Source: Sulfurimonadaceae bacterium
Lineage (GTDB): Bacteria; Campylobacterota; Campylobacteria; Campylobacterales; Sulfurimonadaceae
Assembly (NCBI GenBank): GCA_041548245.1
Contig: JBFESZ010000043.1
Coordinates: 1-15,506, forward strand
DNA: 15,506 bases
Direction of reading: 5' to 3'
This document shows positions 1-7,693 of the stretch, in pieces. The notes under the pieces are model-generated. The model saw only the letters and a program-made list of their open reading frames with translations. It searched no databases and was not told the origin of the DNA. Both the position numbers and the translations under genes were made by a program. Every line of letters starts with the position of its first letter. Within the stretch, counting starts at the first letter, position 1.

Positions 1-89
1 AGAACGCTTGAAGACTACAAGCTTGATAGGCTGGGTGTGTACGCATAGCAATATGTTTAGCTGACCAGTACTAATAGTTCGTTTGTCTT
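1..89 (+). rRNA. rrl: 23S rRNA, 3' end (partial, runs off the window start)
   Basis: GAAGACTACAAGCTTGATAGGCTGGGTGTGTACGCATAGCAATATGTTTAGCTGACCAGTACTAATAGTTCG matches the conserved bacterial 23S 3' terminal region, and a 5S gene follows about 150 bp later. The exact 3' end is approximate. Confidence 0.93.
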
Positions 90-241
90 TTTTTATTAAT
101 CCGTTGTTCACTGCCTTATTAAGTATAAATAACTTAATGAGCACAAAGAATGAGTTGTAATATCTGTATTGACCAAAACATTGATCACTTCAACCCTTTT
201 AGTCCAGACATCTGAGCTAAGCACTATCCGTAGTCCTTATC

Positions 242-357
242 TCAGGTGGTAATAGAGAGGGGGAAACGCCTGGCCCCATTCCGAACCCAGAAGCTAAGCC
301 CCTCTTCGCTGATAATACTGCACCTTTCAGGTGTGGAAACGTAGGTCGCCGCCTGGA
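242..357 (+). rRNA. rrf: 5S rRNA
   Basis: Conserved CCCATTCCGAACCCAGAAGCTAAGC, GCTGATAATACTG and GTAGGTCGCCGCC motifs. Helix I forms between TCAGGTGGT (242-250) and GCCGCCTGG (348-356). Length is about 116 nt. Confidence 0.96.
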
Positions 358-507
358 CTTTCTTTTTTAACAATCTCCAATCAATCATTTGAACTACATC
401 TTAATCCAATAAAATCTAAATCTATATGTCTCTGTTTTTTCTGTATATATCTGACGTTACACTGTAAATTGTAAAGCCCACTGTAAGGGACAATCGGATA
501 ATCTTAA

Positions 508-526
508 TATAATTAATAACTTGGAG
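508..526 (+). promoter_or_regulatory. Candidate sigma70 -10 box (TATAAT, 508-513) and Shine-Dalgarno (GGAG, 523-526) for the AAA ATPase gene
   Basis: Perfect TATAAT in an AT-rich intergenic region, and GGAG 5 nt before the TTG start at 532. An alternative GATAAT lies at 497-502. Confidence 0.4.
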
Positions 527-531
527 ATAGA

Positions 532-2268
532 TTGAAATATTTAATAGATTTTATTGAGTCTACAAACGTAGAAAACACAATAATTTATGAACAACTGAAA
601 TGTTCAGAGAACGAAGGTATGATTCTACAATATATGGCAAAGAAGTTTGTCAGTGGTGTTGAAGATCATATTGTTTCAGAGATGCTCCAAGATATATTTG
701 GAGAGGATGGTTATGCATACCTTGGATTTCTAGGTGCCGTTAAGTCAGCATTAGAACTTGGTTGGATAGTTCAGCAATCATTTCAGCCGTTGAAGATAAG
801 TGACATGTCACATTTGGAGCTATTAAACAGTGCTGTATCATTGACACCATCCTTTTTGAAACTTCTTGAAGAGGGTAATAATGAACTTGCCCTACCTGAA
901 ATCAAACCGTATGATGACCATTTAGAATATTTACAAGATCAATTTTTCCGCATAGAGTCTTACCAAAAAATGAGTTCAATCCGTCATAATGTTCATGAGA
1001 ATGCCTTAGGAATTAACCGAGTGAAGAACAAGCTAGAGCTGCTTGAAAAGAGGATTTCAGACAGATTGGCTGTAACCAAACAGGAAGTCGTCCTCGAGAA
1101 GTTTTTTAAGCATAAGAAGCTTGAGACAAAAGAGCAGATTATATTTTTGGCATTATTAAAAGAAGAGTATTCTGCAGGTGATAACAACTTAAGGGAGATG
1201 AACTCACTGATTGACTTGATTTCTGTGGATGAGTATGAGCGTATAAAGAACCGTTCTTTACTTGAGGACGGTTCTAAACTAATTGAAGAAGAATTGATAG
1301 ATTACGAAGAGATGTTAAATCCCTTCGGCGGTATCAGTCGGGCTTTTTACATTGTTGATGATGTATTGCAAGAGATTATCCATCCACAAAAGAAGAAAAA
1401 AGTACGGAAACTCAAACTTGATATGTTGATAAAAGATCAGGATATCTTTGAGTTAGTAGAACCAATGACCTCATTAGATGATGTCGTGTTACACCCTAAA
1501 ACTGAAGAAACTTTAAACGCGTTAATGCGTCAAGTTGATAAAGAAGTGGTATCTCGACTTCAGGAATGGGGCATAAAGCAGAAGCGTTCAGGTATAGATG
1601 CCAGAGTGATGTTCTATGGTCATCCTGGAACAGGAAAGACAATGACGGCATACTCCTTGGCGAAGTCATTAAAACGACAGGTTCTGGTGTTTGATTGTTC
1701 TAAAATACTCTCGATGTATGTTGGCGAGAGTGAAAAAAATGTTCGTAAGATTTTTGATACCTATTACGATTTGACACAAAAGACAAAGTCAGAGCCAATT
1801 TTGTTACTTAATGAAGCAGATCAGTTTCTAGGTTCTCGTTCTCAAGGGATTGGAAGTTCGACAGATCAGATGCATAATCAGATGCAAAATATCTTTTTAG
1901 AGCAGATTGAAAATTTTGAGGGTCTTCTGGTTGCAACGACTAATTTGCTTGAAAACATTGACCCTGCTTTTTCCAGACGCTTTAATTACAAGATAGAATT
2001 CAAAAAACCAAATAAAGAACAGCGAATGTTGTTATGGGAAAAAATGCTTCCGAAAAATGCCCCGTATGAGGACTCTTTTGATAATAATATACTGAGTGAG
2101 TATGCTTTAACCGGAGGACAAATTAATCTGATAGTAAAAAATACAGCTTATGTCGTCGCTGCACGGGAAAAGCCACTTTTTATGCTTGATGACTTTATAA
2201 AAGAGATTGAAAAAGAGAAATCAGGCACGTTTGACTCTGAAAAATCTATGGGTTTTATGCATAACTAA
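532..2268 (+). CDS. AAA-family ATPase (classical AAA clade, single C-terminal AAA domain, long helical N-terminal region), function unknown
   Basis: Walker A GHPGTGKT (1618-1641), pore loop SMYVGESEK, variant Walker B LLLNE (1801-1815), and second region of homology ATTNLLENIDPAFSRRF with Arg fingers. TTG start with a GGAG RBS. Confidence 0.9.
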   Translation: MKYLIDFIESTNVENTIIYEQLKCSENEGMILQYMAKKFVSGVEDHIVSEMLQDIFGEDGYAYLGFLGAVKSALELGWIVQQSFQPLKISDMSHLELLNSAVSLTPSFLKLLEEGNNELALPEIKPYDDHLEYLQDQFFRIESYQKMSSIRHNVHENALGINRVKNKLELLEKRISDRLAVTKQEVVLEKFFKHKKLETKEQIIFLALLKEEYSAGDNNLREMNSLIDLISVDEYERIKNRSLLEDGSKLIEEELIDYEEMLNPFGGISRAFYIVDDVLQEIIHPQKKKKVRKLKLDMLIKDQDIFELVEPMTSLDDVVLHPKTEETLNALMRQVDKEVVSRLQEWGIKQKRSGIDARVMFYGHPGTGKTMTAYSLAKSLKRQVLVFDCSKILSMYVGESEKNVRKIFDTYYDLTQKTKSEPILLLNEADQFLGSRSQGIGSSTDQMHNQMQNIFLEQIENFEGLLVATTNLLENIDPAFSRRFNYKIEFKKPNKEQRMLLWEKMLPKNAPYEDSFDNNILSEYALTGGQINLIVKNTAYVVAAREKPLFMLDDFIKEIEKEKSGTFDSEKSMGFMHN

Positions 2269-2295
2269 AAATACAGCTCAAATGTATCATTTATT

Positions 2296-2320
2296 CACCG
2301 CTTGAAGGTGGTGTTTCTTT
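2296..2320 (+). terminator. Probable intrinsic terminator of the AAA ATPase gene
   Basis: Hairpin CACCGC-TTGAAG-GTGGTG (one G-U pair) immediately followed by TTTCTTT, starting 28 nt after the stop codon. Confidence 0.55.
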
Positions 2321-2360
2321 AGGTTACAGAGAACTTTTTCACCTTCAAATATCAATTCGA

Positions 2361-2383
2361 TTTAATCCTTATTACGTTAGTAT
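2361..2383 (+). promoter_or_regulatory. Candidate nuo operon promoter (TTTAAT-N11-TAGTAT)
   Basis: The -10-like TAGTAT (2378-2383) is preceded by G-N and an upstream TTTAA tract, resembling the periodic AT-rich sigma70 promoters of Campylobacterota. An alternative -10, TAAAAT, lies at 2427-2432. Confidence 0.35.
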
Positions 2384-2478
2384 GTCGCCATTATGTCTAT
2401 TTATGCAGAAAAATTGCAAATTCCTATAAAATAGGATTTTTGTGAGGGAATTAACTGCGTAATTTAAGAAAGGTTTTT

Positions 2479-2868
2479 ATGGAACATATTCCTGTAGATC
2501 ACCCATATTTTGGGGTATTTTTACTATTTGTGCTTACATTTGGAGCGTTTTATGCAACTACAGTGGCTGCTCGTTGGGTAAGTCATAAGCTAGCTGCCAA
2601 GACATCTGAAAAGATCAAACTGTCAATTTACGAGTGTGGACCGGAAGTAACTAAACAGCCTAGCCGTATCTCGACACAGTTCTATCTTTTTGCACTATTG
2701 TTTCTACTTTTTGATGTAGAGGTCGTTTTTATGTTCCCATGGGCAATCGATTTTAAACTGCTTGGTTGGTTCGGATTTGTTGAGATGATGTTATTTATCT
2801 TATTGCTTACAATTGGTTTTGTATATGCATGGAAAAAAGGAGCACTTGAATGGCACAGCATCAAGTAA
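2479..2868 (+). CDS. nuoA: NADH-quinone oxidoreductase (complex I) subunit A
   Basis: Three hydrophobic segments; YECG, FLLFDVE, FPWA and WKKGALEW motifs; AAGG RBS upstream. Confidence 0.97.
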   Translation: MEHIPVDHPYFGVFLLFVLTFGAFYATTVAARWVSHKLAAKTSEKIKLSIYECGPEVTKQPSRISTQFYLFALLFLLFDVEVVFMFPWAIDFKLLGWFGFVEMMLFILLLTIGFVYAWKKGALEWHSIK

Positions 2869-3359
2869 ATTATACACAAGACGGTGGTCTTCCGGTAGCG
2901 TTGACTTCTGTTGATAAAATTATTAACTGGGGGCGTTCAAATTCACTTTGGGCTATGACTTACGGTCTGGCTTGTTGTGGTATTGAGATGATGGCTTCTG
3001 GTGCGTCACGTTATGACTTTGACCGCTTTGGTACAATCTTCCGTGCATCTCCACGTCAATCAGATCTTATGATTGTCGCAGGTACACTGACAAAAAAACA
3101 TGCTGAGTTTATCAAGCGTCTGTATGATCAAATGCCAGAGCCACGCTGGGTAATCTCTATGGGCTCATGTGCAAACACAGGTGGTATGTTTAACACCTAT
3201 GCAACGGTTCAGGGTGTCGATCGTATTATTCCAGTTGATCTATATCTTCCAGGTTGTGCTCCTCGTCCTGAGACACTTCAATATGCAGTTATGATGCTTC
3301 AGAAGAAGATACGTTCAGAAAAAGCAGGTAAATCACAACGTCAAAAGAGGTTAGTGTAA
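2850..3359 (+). CDS. nuoB: Complex I subunit B (carries cluster N2)
   Basis: GLACCGIEM tandem Cys, [18 protein letters not shown] and PGCAPRPE motifs. Overlaps nuoA by 19 bp. Confidence 0.98.
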   Translation: MAQHQVNYTQDGGLPVALTSVDKIINWGRSNSLWAMTYGLACCGIEMMASGASRYDFDRFGTIFRASPRQSDLMIVAGTLTKKHAEFIKRLYDQMPEPRWVISMGSCANTGGMFNTYATVQGVDRIIPVDLYLPGCAPRPETLQYAVMMLQKKIRSEKAGKSQRQKRLV

Positions 3360-4165
3360 TGAGAAGATACGTACCAAAAGATGATGTACAAAAGAAAGCG
3401 TACTACACAGACCGTTATTGGGTTGCACCTCAAGTGGCAAAGTCACCTGTTGAATCTGATGAAGTCTTTGCAGCTGATCTTGCAGCTATTAAAGCTAAAT
3501 GTGATGTACTTGATGCTTATATCCAAGTTGAGCAAATGGTGGTAGTCATTAATCCTAATGACAACTATACGGTTGCACAGATTTTAAGAGATGAGTGTGC
3601 GTATAATCAGCTTACAGAGTGTTCGGCGATCGACTGGTTGGCAAAACAGGGGCAATTTGAAGTTTTTTATCAGTTTCTTTCGATGAGCAAGCGCAAGCGT
3701 GTTCGTATTAAATGCTTTATTGATAAAGAACAGGCGGTTGAATCGTTGAATCCACTGTTCCGTTCGGCTGACTGGGCAGAACGTGAGATGTATGACATGT
3801 TCGGTGTCAAGGTGAACAATCATCCGTACATGAAACGTATTCTTATGCCGGACGATTGGGTTGGACATCCACTTCTTAAGACTTATCCTTTGCAGGGTGA
3901 CGAAGCTGCTTCATGGTATGAAGTTGATCGTATTTTTGGTAAAGAAGCACGTGATATCATCGGGCCGGAAAATCGGGATTCAGCCATGGTTGACCGTTAT
4001 GATACTGAACGTTTCGGACGTCTTGGCCATGAAGTTTCTCGTGGAGAAGAGTTCAAAGAAGATCAACCGGAAACTCCACTTGGATATCAAGAAGAAGGTG
4101 GTGTATTTGCCCTTTCTAAATTCATAGAAGACGAAGCTGTAACTATTACAGATCGTAAGCGTTAG
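3359..4165 (+). CDS. nuoC: Complex I subunit C (Campylobacterota type with N- and C-terminal extensions)
   Basis: [13 protein letters not shown] and [19 protein letters not shown] signatures. Start overlaps the nuoB stop (TAATG). Confidence 0.96.
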   Translation: MRRYVPKDDVQKKAYYTDRYWVAPQVAKSPVESDEVFAADLAAIKAKCDVLDAYIQVEQMVVVINPNDNYTVAQILRDECAYNQLTECSAIDWLAKQGQFEVFYQFLSMSKRKRVRIKCFIDKEQAVESLNPLFRSADWAEREMYDMFGVKVNNHPYMKRILMPDDWVGHPLLKTYPLQGDEAASWYEVDRIFGKEARDIIGPENRDSAMVDRYDTERFGRLGHEVSRGEEFKEDQPETPLGYQEEGGVFALSKFIEDEAVTITDRKR

Positions 4166-4172
4166 GATTGAC

Positions 4173-5411
4173 ATGCAACAGCCAAATAGATTAAGACCAT
4201 TTTTTGAAAATATCAGCTTTGACCGTAAAGATAACGAAATGGTTATCAACTTCGGTCCTCAGCACCCATCGGCGCATGGACAGTTACGTCTGATGCTGCA
4301 TTTACAGCAAGAGCAGATTACTAAGGCTCATCCAGACATCGGTTATCTTCACCGTGGTATGGAGAAGATGGCTGAGAACATGATCTACAATGAGTTCTTG
4401 CCAACTACCGACCGCATGGATTATATTGCATCGAGTTCGAATAACTACGGGTTCGCACTTGCCGTTGAGAAGTTGATCGGGCTAGAAGTTCCTCGTCGTG
4501 CAAAAGTTATCCGTATGATGCTTCTTGAGATCAACCGTTTGATGTCACACCTTTTTTGGTTGGCGACAACAGCACTTGATATCGGTGCGATGACAGTGTT
4601 CTTGTATGCTTTCCGTGAACGTGAATATTTAATGGATATCATCGAAGATTATTGTGGGGCACGTTTGACACACTCATCTGTACGTATTGGTGGTGTGCCA
4701 TTGGATATACCAGACAACTTTATTCCAGATCTGAAAGCTTTCTTGGATAAATTTCCTCAAGATCTTAAAGACTATGAGGACCTTCTTGATACAAACCGTA
4801 TCTGGCGTATGCGTATGGAAGATGTCGGCGTTATATCCACAGAGATGGCAAACTCATGGGGATGTTCAGGTGTTATGCTTAGAGCTTCAGGTGTTCAGTG
4901 GGATATTCGTAAGGAAGAGCCGTATGAACTTTATGACGAAGTCGATTTTGATGTTCCTGTTTCAAATAAAGGTGATAACTACGCGCGTTATAAGCTTTAT
5001 ATGGCAGAGATGCGTGAATCAGCTAAGATCCTTTATCAGACAATGGATATGTATAGAAAGTGTCAAGCGAACAACGAGACAGAGCTTATGGCTCATGCAC
5101 CTCAATATATCTCTGCACCTAAGATCGATATCATGACGCAGAACTACTCGTTAATGCAGCATTTTGTACTTGTTACACAAGGTATGCGTCCACCGGTAGG
5201 TGAAGTGTATGTTCCGACTGAATCACCAAAAGGTGAGCTTGGTTTTTACATCAATTCTCAAGGTGGTCCATACCCATACCGTCTGAAAATGCGTGCTCCG
5301 TCTTTCTGGCATACAGGCATTTTAACTGACTTGCTTCCGGGTTCTATGATCCCTGACGTTGTATCTATTATTGGTACAACTAATATTGTATTTGGTGAGG
5401 TGGACAGATAA
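4173..5411 (+). CDS. nuoD: Complex I subunit D (quinone-binding 49-kDa homolog)
   Basis: [25 protein letters not shown] and ESPKGELG motifs, ending in GEVDR. Confidence 0.98.
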   Translation: MQQPNRLRPFFENISFDRKDNEMVINFGPQHPSAHGQLRLMLHLQQEQITKAHPDIGYLHRGMEKMAENMIYNEFLPTTDRMDYIASSSNNYGFALAVEKLIGLEVPRRAKVIRMMLLEINRLMSHLFWLATTALDIGAMTVFLYAFREREYLMDIIEDYCGARLTHSSVRIGGVPLDIPDNFIPDLKAFLDKFPQDLKDYEDLLDTNRIWRMRMEDVGVISTEMANSWGCSGVMLRASGVQWDIRKEEPYELYDEVDFDVPVSNKGDNYARYKLYMAEMRESAKILYQTMDMYRKCQANNETELMAHAPQYISAPKIDIMTQNYSLMQHFVLVTQGMRPPVGEVYVPTESPKGELGFYINSQGGPYPYRLKMRAPSFWHTGILTDLLPGSMIPDVVSIIGTTNIVFGEVDR

Positions 5412-5635
5412 TGAAACGTTACGACCTAAGACACTTAAAAGAGAACTTTGATGATCGTATGAGAGAAATCGTCACCAAAGAGATCACGGCGGGCGAAGTT
5501 ATCATTTTCTTATTTGAGATTGGTGACTTCTCTGGAATTCAACGTTCTGCTGACATGATGAAAGAGTGTGGCTGTGAGTTGTTAAACTCACTTAAATTCA
5601 ACGAAGTCGACTGGACGATCGTTGTTAGAAAATAA
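5411..5635 (+). CDS. nuoE: Small Campylobacterota-specific complex I subunit ('NuoE'/NuoX, Cj1575c/HP1264-like), not homologous to the [2Fe-2S] NuoE
   Basis: 74 aa with [19 protein letters not shown] and LLNSLKFNEVDWTIVVRK, recognised as the small subunit that follows nuoD in Campylobacter/Helicobacter. No four-Cys [2Fe-2S] motif. Coupled to nuoD by a TAATG overlap. Confidence 0.85.
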   Translation: MKRYDLRHLKENFDDRMREIVTKEITAGEVIIFLFEIGDFSGIQRSADMMKECGCELLNSLKFNEVDWTIVVRK

Positions 5636-5646
5636 GCGAGTAAATT

Positions 5647-7683
5647 ATGAGTAAAGTTTATTTTTCCACATGGCGCGGGGAGACGATCAACAATATTGGC
5701 AAACCTGAAGATCAGTGGGAAGAGTCAGCTTATAATCTGCCTGAACAATATGACTCGGCGCGAGATGCGAAAGCATTCATCGGCTGGGATGGTGTTGCCC
5801 TTTTCAAGGGTGATATTGACGTTGTTCGTTTAGCTACCGAGTATGCGGCGCAATACCAAGTCTATTCTGAGGCTTGTGGTCGTTGTGCACCGGGTCGCTG
5901 GGGTGGACGTATTTTGTATGACCTAATGGATAAAATCGCTCGTGGTGAAGGTACTGTTGCTGATATGGATCATTTGAAAGAGGTCTCTCGTACAATGCAG
6001 ACGACTTCAAAATGTGAGATCGGAAAGACGGTACCAAACCCACTTTTAGACTTGATGGAGCACTTTGAATCAGATTTTATGGATCTGATTGATAATCAAA
6101 AAGCTTCACCACATTATCATAAAGAAGACATAAGTTATATCGCAAAGATTACAGCACCATGTACAGATGCATGTCCGGCACACGTTGATATACCTGGTTA
6201 TATTGAAGGTGTGCGTGACTTACGTTTTGATGACTCTTTGAAAGCGACACGTCAGACTATGCCTTTAGCACACACATGTGGCCGTGTTTGTCCTCACCCT
6301 TGTGAGGATGAGTGTCGTCGTACAAATCTTGACGAACCGATTTCGATTATGGCTCTTAAACGTTTAGGCGCAGATTATGAGACAGACCATGGTTTCGGTT
6401 TCTTCCATCCAGAAGAGAAAAAACCGGATACTGGCAAAAAAGTCGCTGTCATCGGTGCAGGTCCTGCAGGCTTGACTACGGCATACTATCTTGCATTAGA
6501 GGGAGTACATTGTGATGTTTACGAAGAACTTCCGGTTCTTGGCGGTGAAGTCGCAGTTGGTGTTCCTGAATATCGCATGCCAATTGATAAGTATAATAAA
6601 GATATTGAAGCGGTAAAAGACTTAGGGGTTAACTTTATTGTCAATACAAAAGTGACTGCCGATATGATGCGTCAGTTTGAAAAAGATTATGATGCAATTA
6701 TGATCGCGACAGGTACACGTATCTCCAAGAAGGTTCGTTGTAATAACGAACGTCCTGAAATACAAGGGTACTGGGGTGCAATTGACTTCTTGGATAAAGT
6801 CAACTTATATGAAAAATATGGGTATACCGTCAGCGAAGAAGAGCAAAAGCGTTATATGTTACCGACAGACCATGTCGACCTTACAGGTAAAACTGTTGCC
6901 TGTGTTGGTGGTGGATTTACCTCCATGGACGTTGTGCGCTGTTCAATCCGTGCGGGAGCAAAGCGTGTTGTTATGCTTTATCGTCGTGATGAGAAGACGA
7001 TTATTCGTAATACCACTTATGAAGAGTATCATGAGGCGGTCGAAGAAGGTGTTGAGTTTATCTTCCACTCGGCTGTTGACAGTATGAATGATGAGAATGA
7101 TGTCCTGAAGTCTTTGACTATTGATAAATACGAACTTGTACCAGACCCAGATGGAGGAAGACCAAACCTTGAGAAGATCGAAGGTGCTTCTTTTGATATG
7201 GAAGTGGATTATTTGATCCCGGCCGTATCCCAATCAGCTGACCTTGACCTGGTTCCTGAGGAGTGGGAACTGGAGATGACCTCATGGGCAACGATCAAGA
7301 CCAATGGTAAAGACTATATGACTTCACGTAAAGGTATCTTTGCTTCAGGTGACTGTGAGTATGGTCCAATGACAATTGTCAATGCTGTCGGTCAGGCAAA
7401 ACGTGCTGCATCGGTTATGGCACGTTACGTCCAAACAGGTGAAGTAACATTATCAGATGATGAGATCATGGAAGACCATCTGCGTAAGATGAAAGTCTAT
7501 GACAAGAATGAAAAGATTACGGGCTGGCTTCCGGGGCTTCCGCGTCAGCAATCTGAGATTTTGGATGTTGATGTCAGAAAAGACAATAACAGAGAAGTCA
7601 ATCTTGGATTTACTCAAGAACAAGCTATAGCTGAAGCTGACAGATGTATGCGCTGTTACTATATAGCTATGGCAGCGGTATAA
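5647..7683 (+). CDS. sfrB: FAD-dependent NADPH oxidoreductase Fe-S flavoprotein, SfrB-like (NuoF-type 4Fe-4S domain fused to a glutamate synthase beta subunit/GltD-like core)
   Basis: N-terminal FSTW...AFIGWDG; EACGRCAPGRWG...SKCEIG (NuoF N3-like); APCTDACP and CGRVCPHPCEDEC Fe-S motifs; FAD Rossmann GAGPAG (6454-6471); GVPEYR; second Rossmann GGGFTSMD...YRR; GIFASGD; C-terminal EADRCMRCY. Architecture and length match my recollection of Geobacter SfrB, so the symbol is by homology. Confidence 0.82.
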   Translation: MSKVYFSTWRGETINNIGKPEDQWEESAYNLPEQYDSARDAKAFIGWDGVALFKGDIDVVRLATEYAAQYQVYSEACGRCAPGRWGGRILYDLMDKIARGEGTVADMDHLKEVSRTMQTTSKCEIGKTVPNPLLDLMEHFESDFMDLIDNQKASPHYHKEDISYIAKITAPCTDACPAHVDIPGYIEGVRDLRFDDSLKATRQTMPLAHTCGRVCPHPCEDECRRTNLDEPISIMALKRLGADYETDHGFGFFHPEEKKPDTGKKVAVIGAGPAGLTTAYYLALEGVHCDVYEELPVLGGEVAVGVPEYRMPIDKYNKDIEAVKDLGVNFIVNTKVTADMMRQFEKDYDAIMIATGTRISKKVRCNNERPEIQGYWGAIDFLDKVNLYEKYGYTVSEEEQKRYMLPTDHVDLTGKTVACVGGGFTSMDVVRCSIRAGAKRVVMLYRRDEKTIIRNTTYEEYHEAVEEGVEFIFHSAVDSMNDENDVLKSLTIDKYELVPDPDGGRPNLEKIEGASFDMEVDYLIPAVSQSADLDLVPEEWELEMTSWATIKTNGKDYMTSRKGIFASGDCEYGPMTIVNAVGQAKRAASVMARYVQTGEVTLSDDEIMEDHLRKMKVYDKNEKITGWLPGLPRQQSEILDVDVRKDNNREVNLGFTQEQAIAEADRCMRCYYIAMAAV

Positions 7684-7693
7684 GGGAGGTTTG

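Noticed and set aside
90-241. tRNA or small RNA in the 23S-5S spacer; hairpin near 112-143; AGTCCAG (201-207) complementary to CTGGACT (353-359)
   Set aside because: No cloverleaf, T-loop or CCA pattern is visible. The short pairings are best explained as ordinary rRNA precursor processing stems.
5647-7683. Annotation as a true glutamate synthase small subunit (gltD) or as canonical nuoF
   Set aside because: There is no gltB in the window, the protein has an extra N-terminal NuoF-type Fe-S domain and a permuted Cys motif, and it lacks the NuoF FMN/NADH-binding domain.
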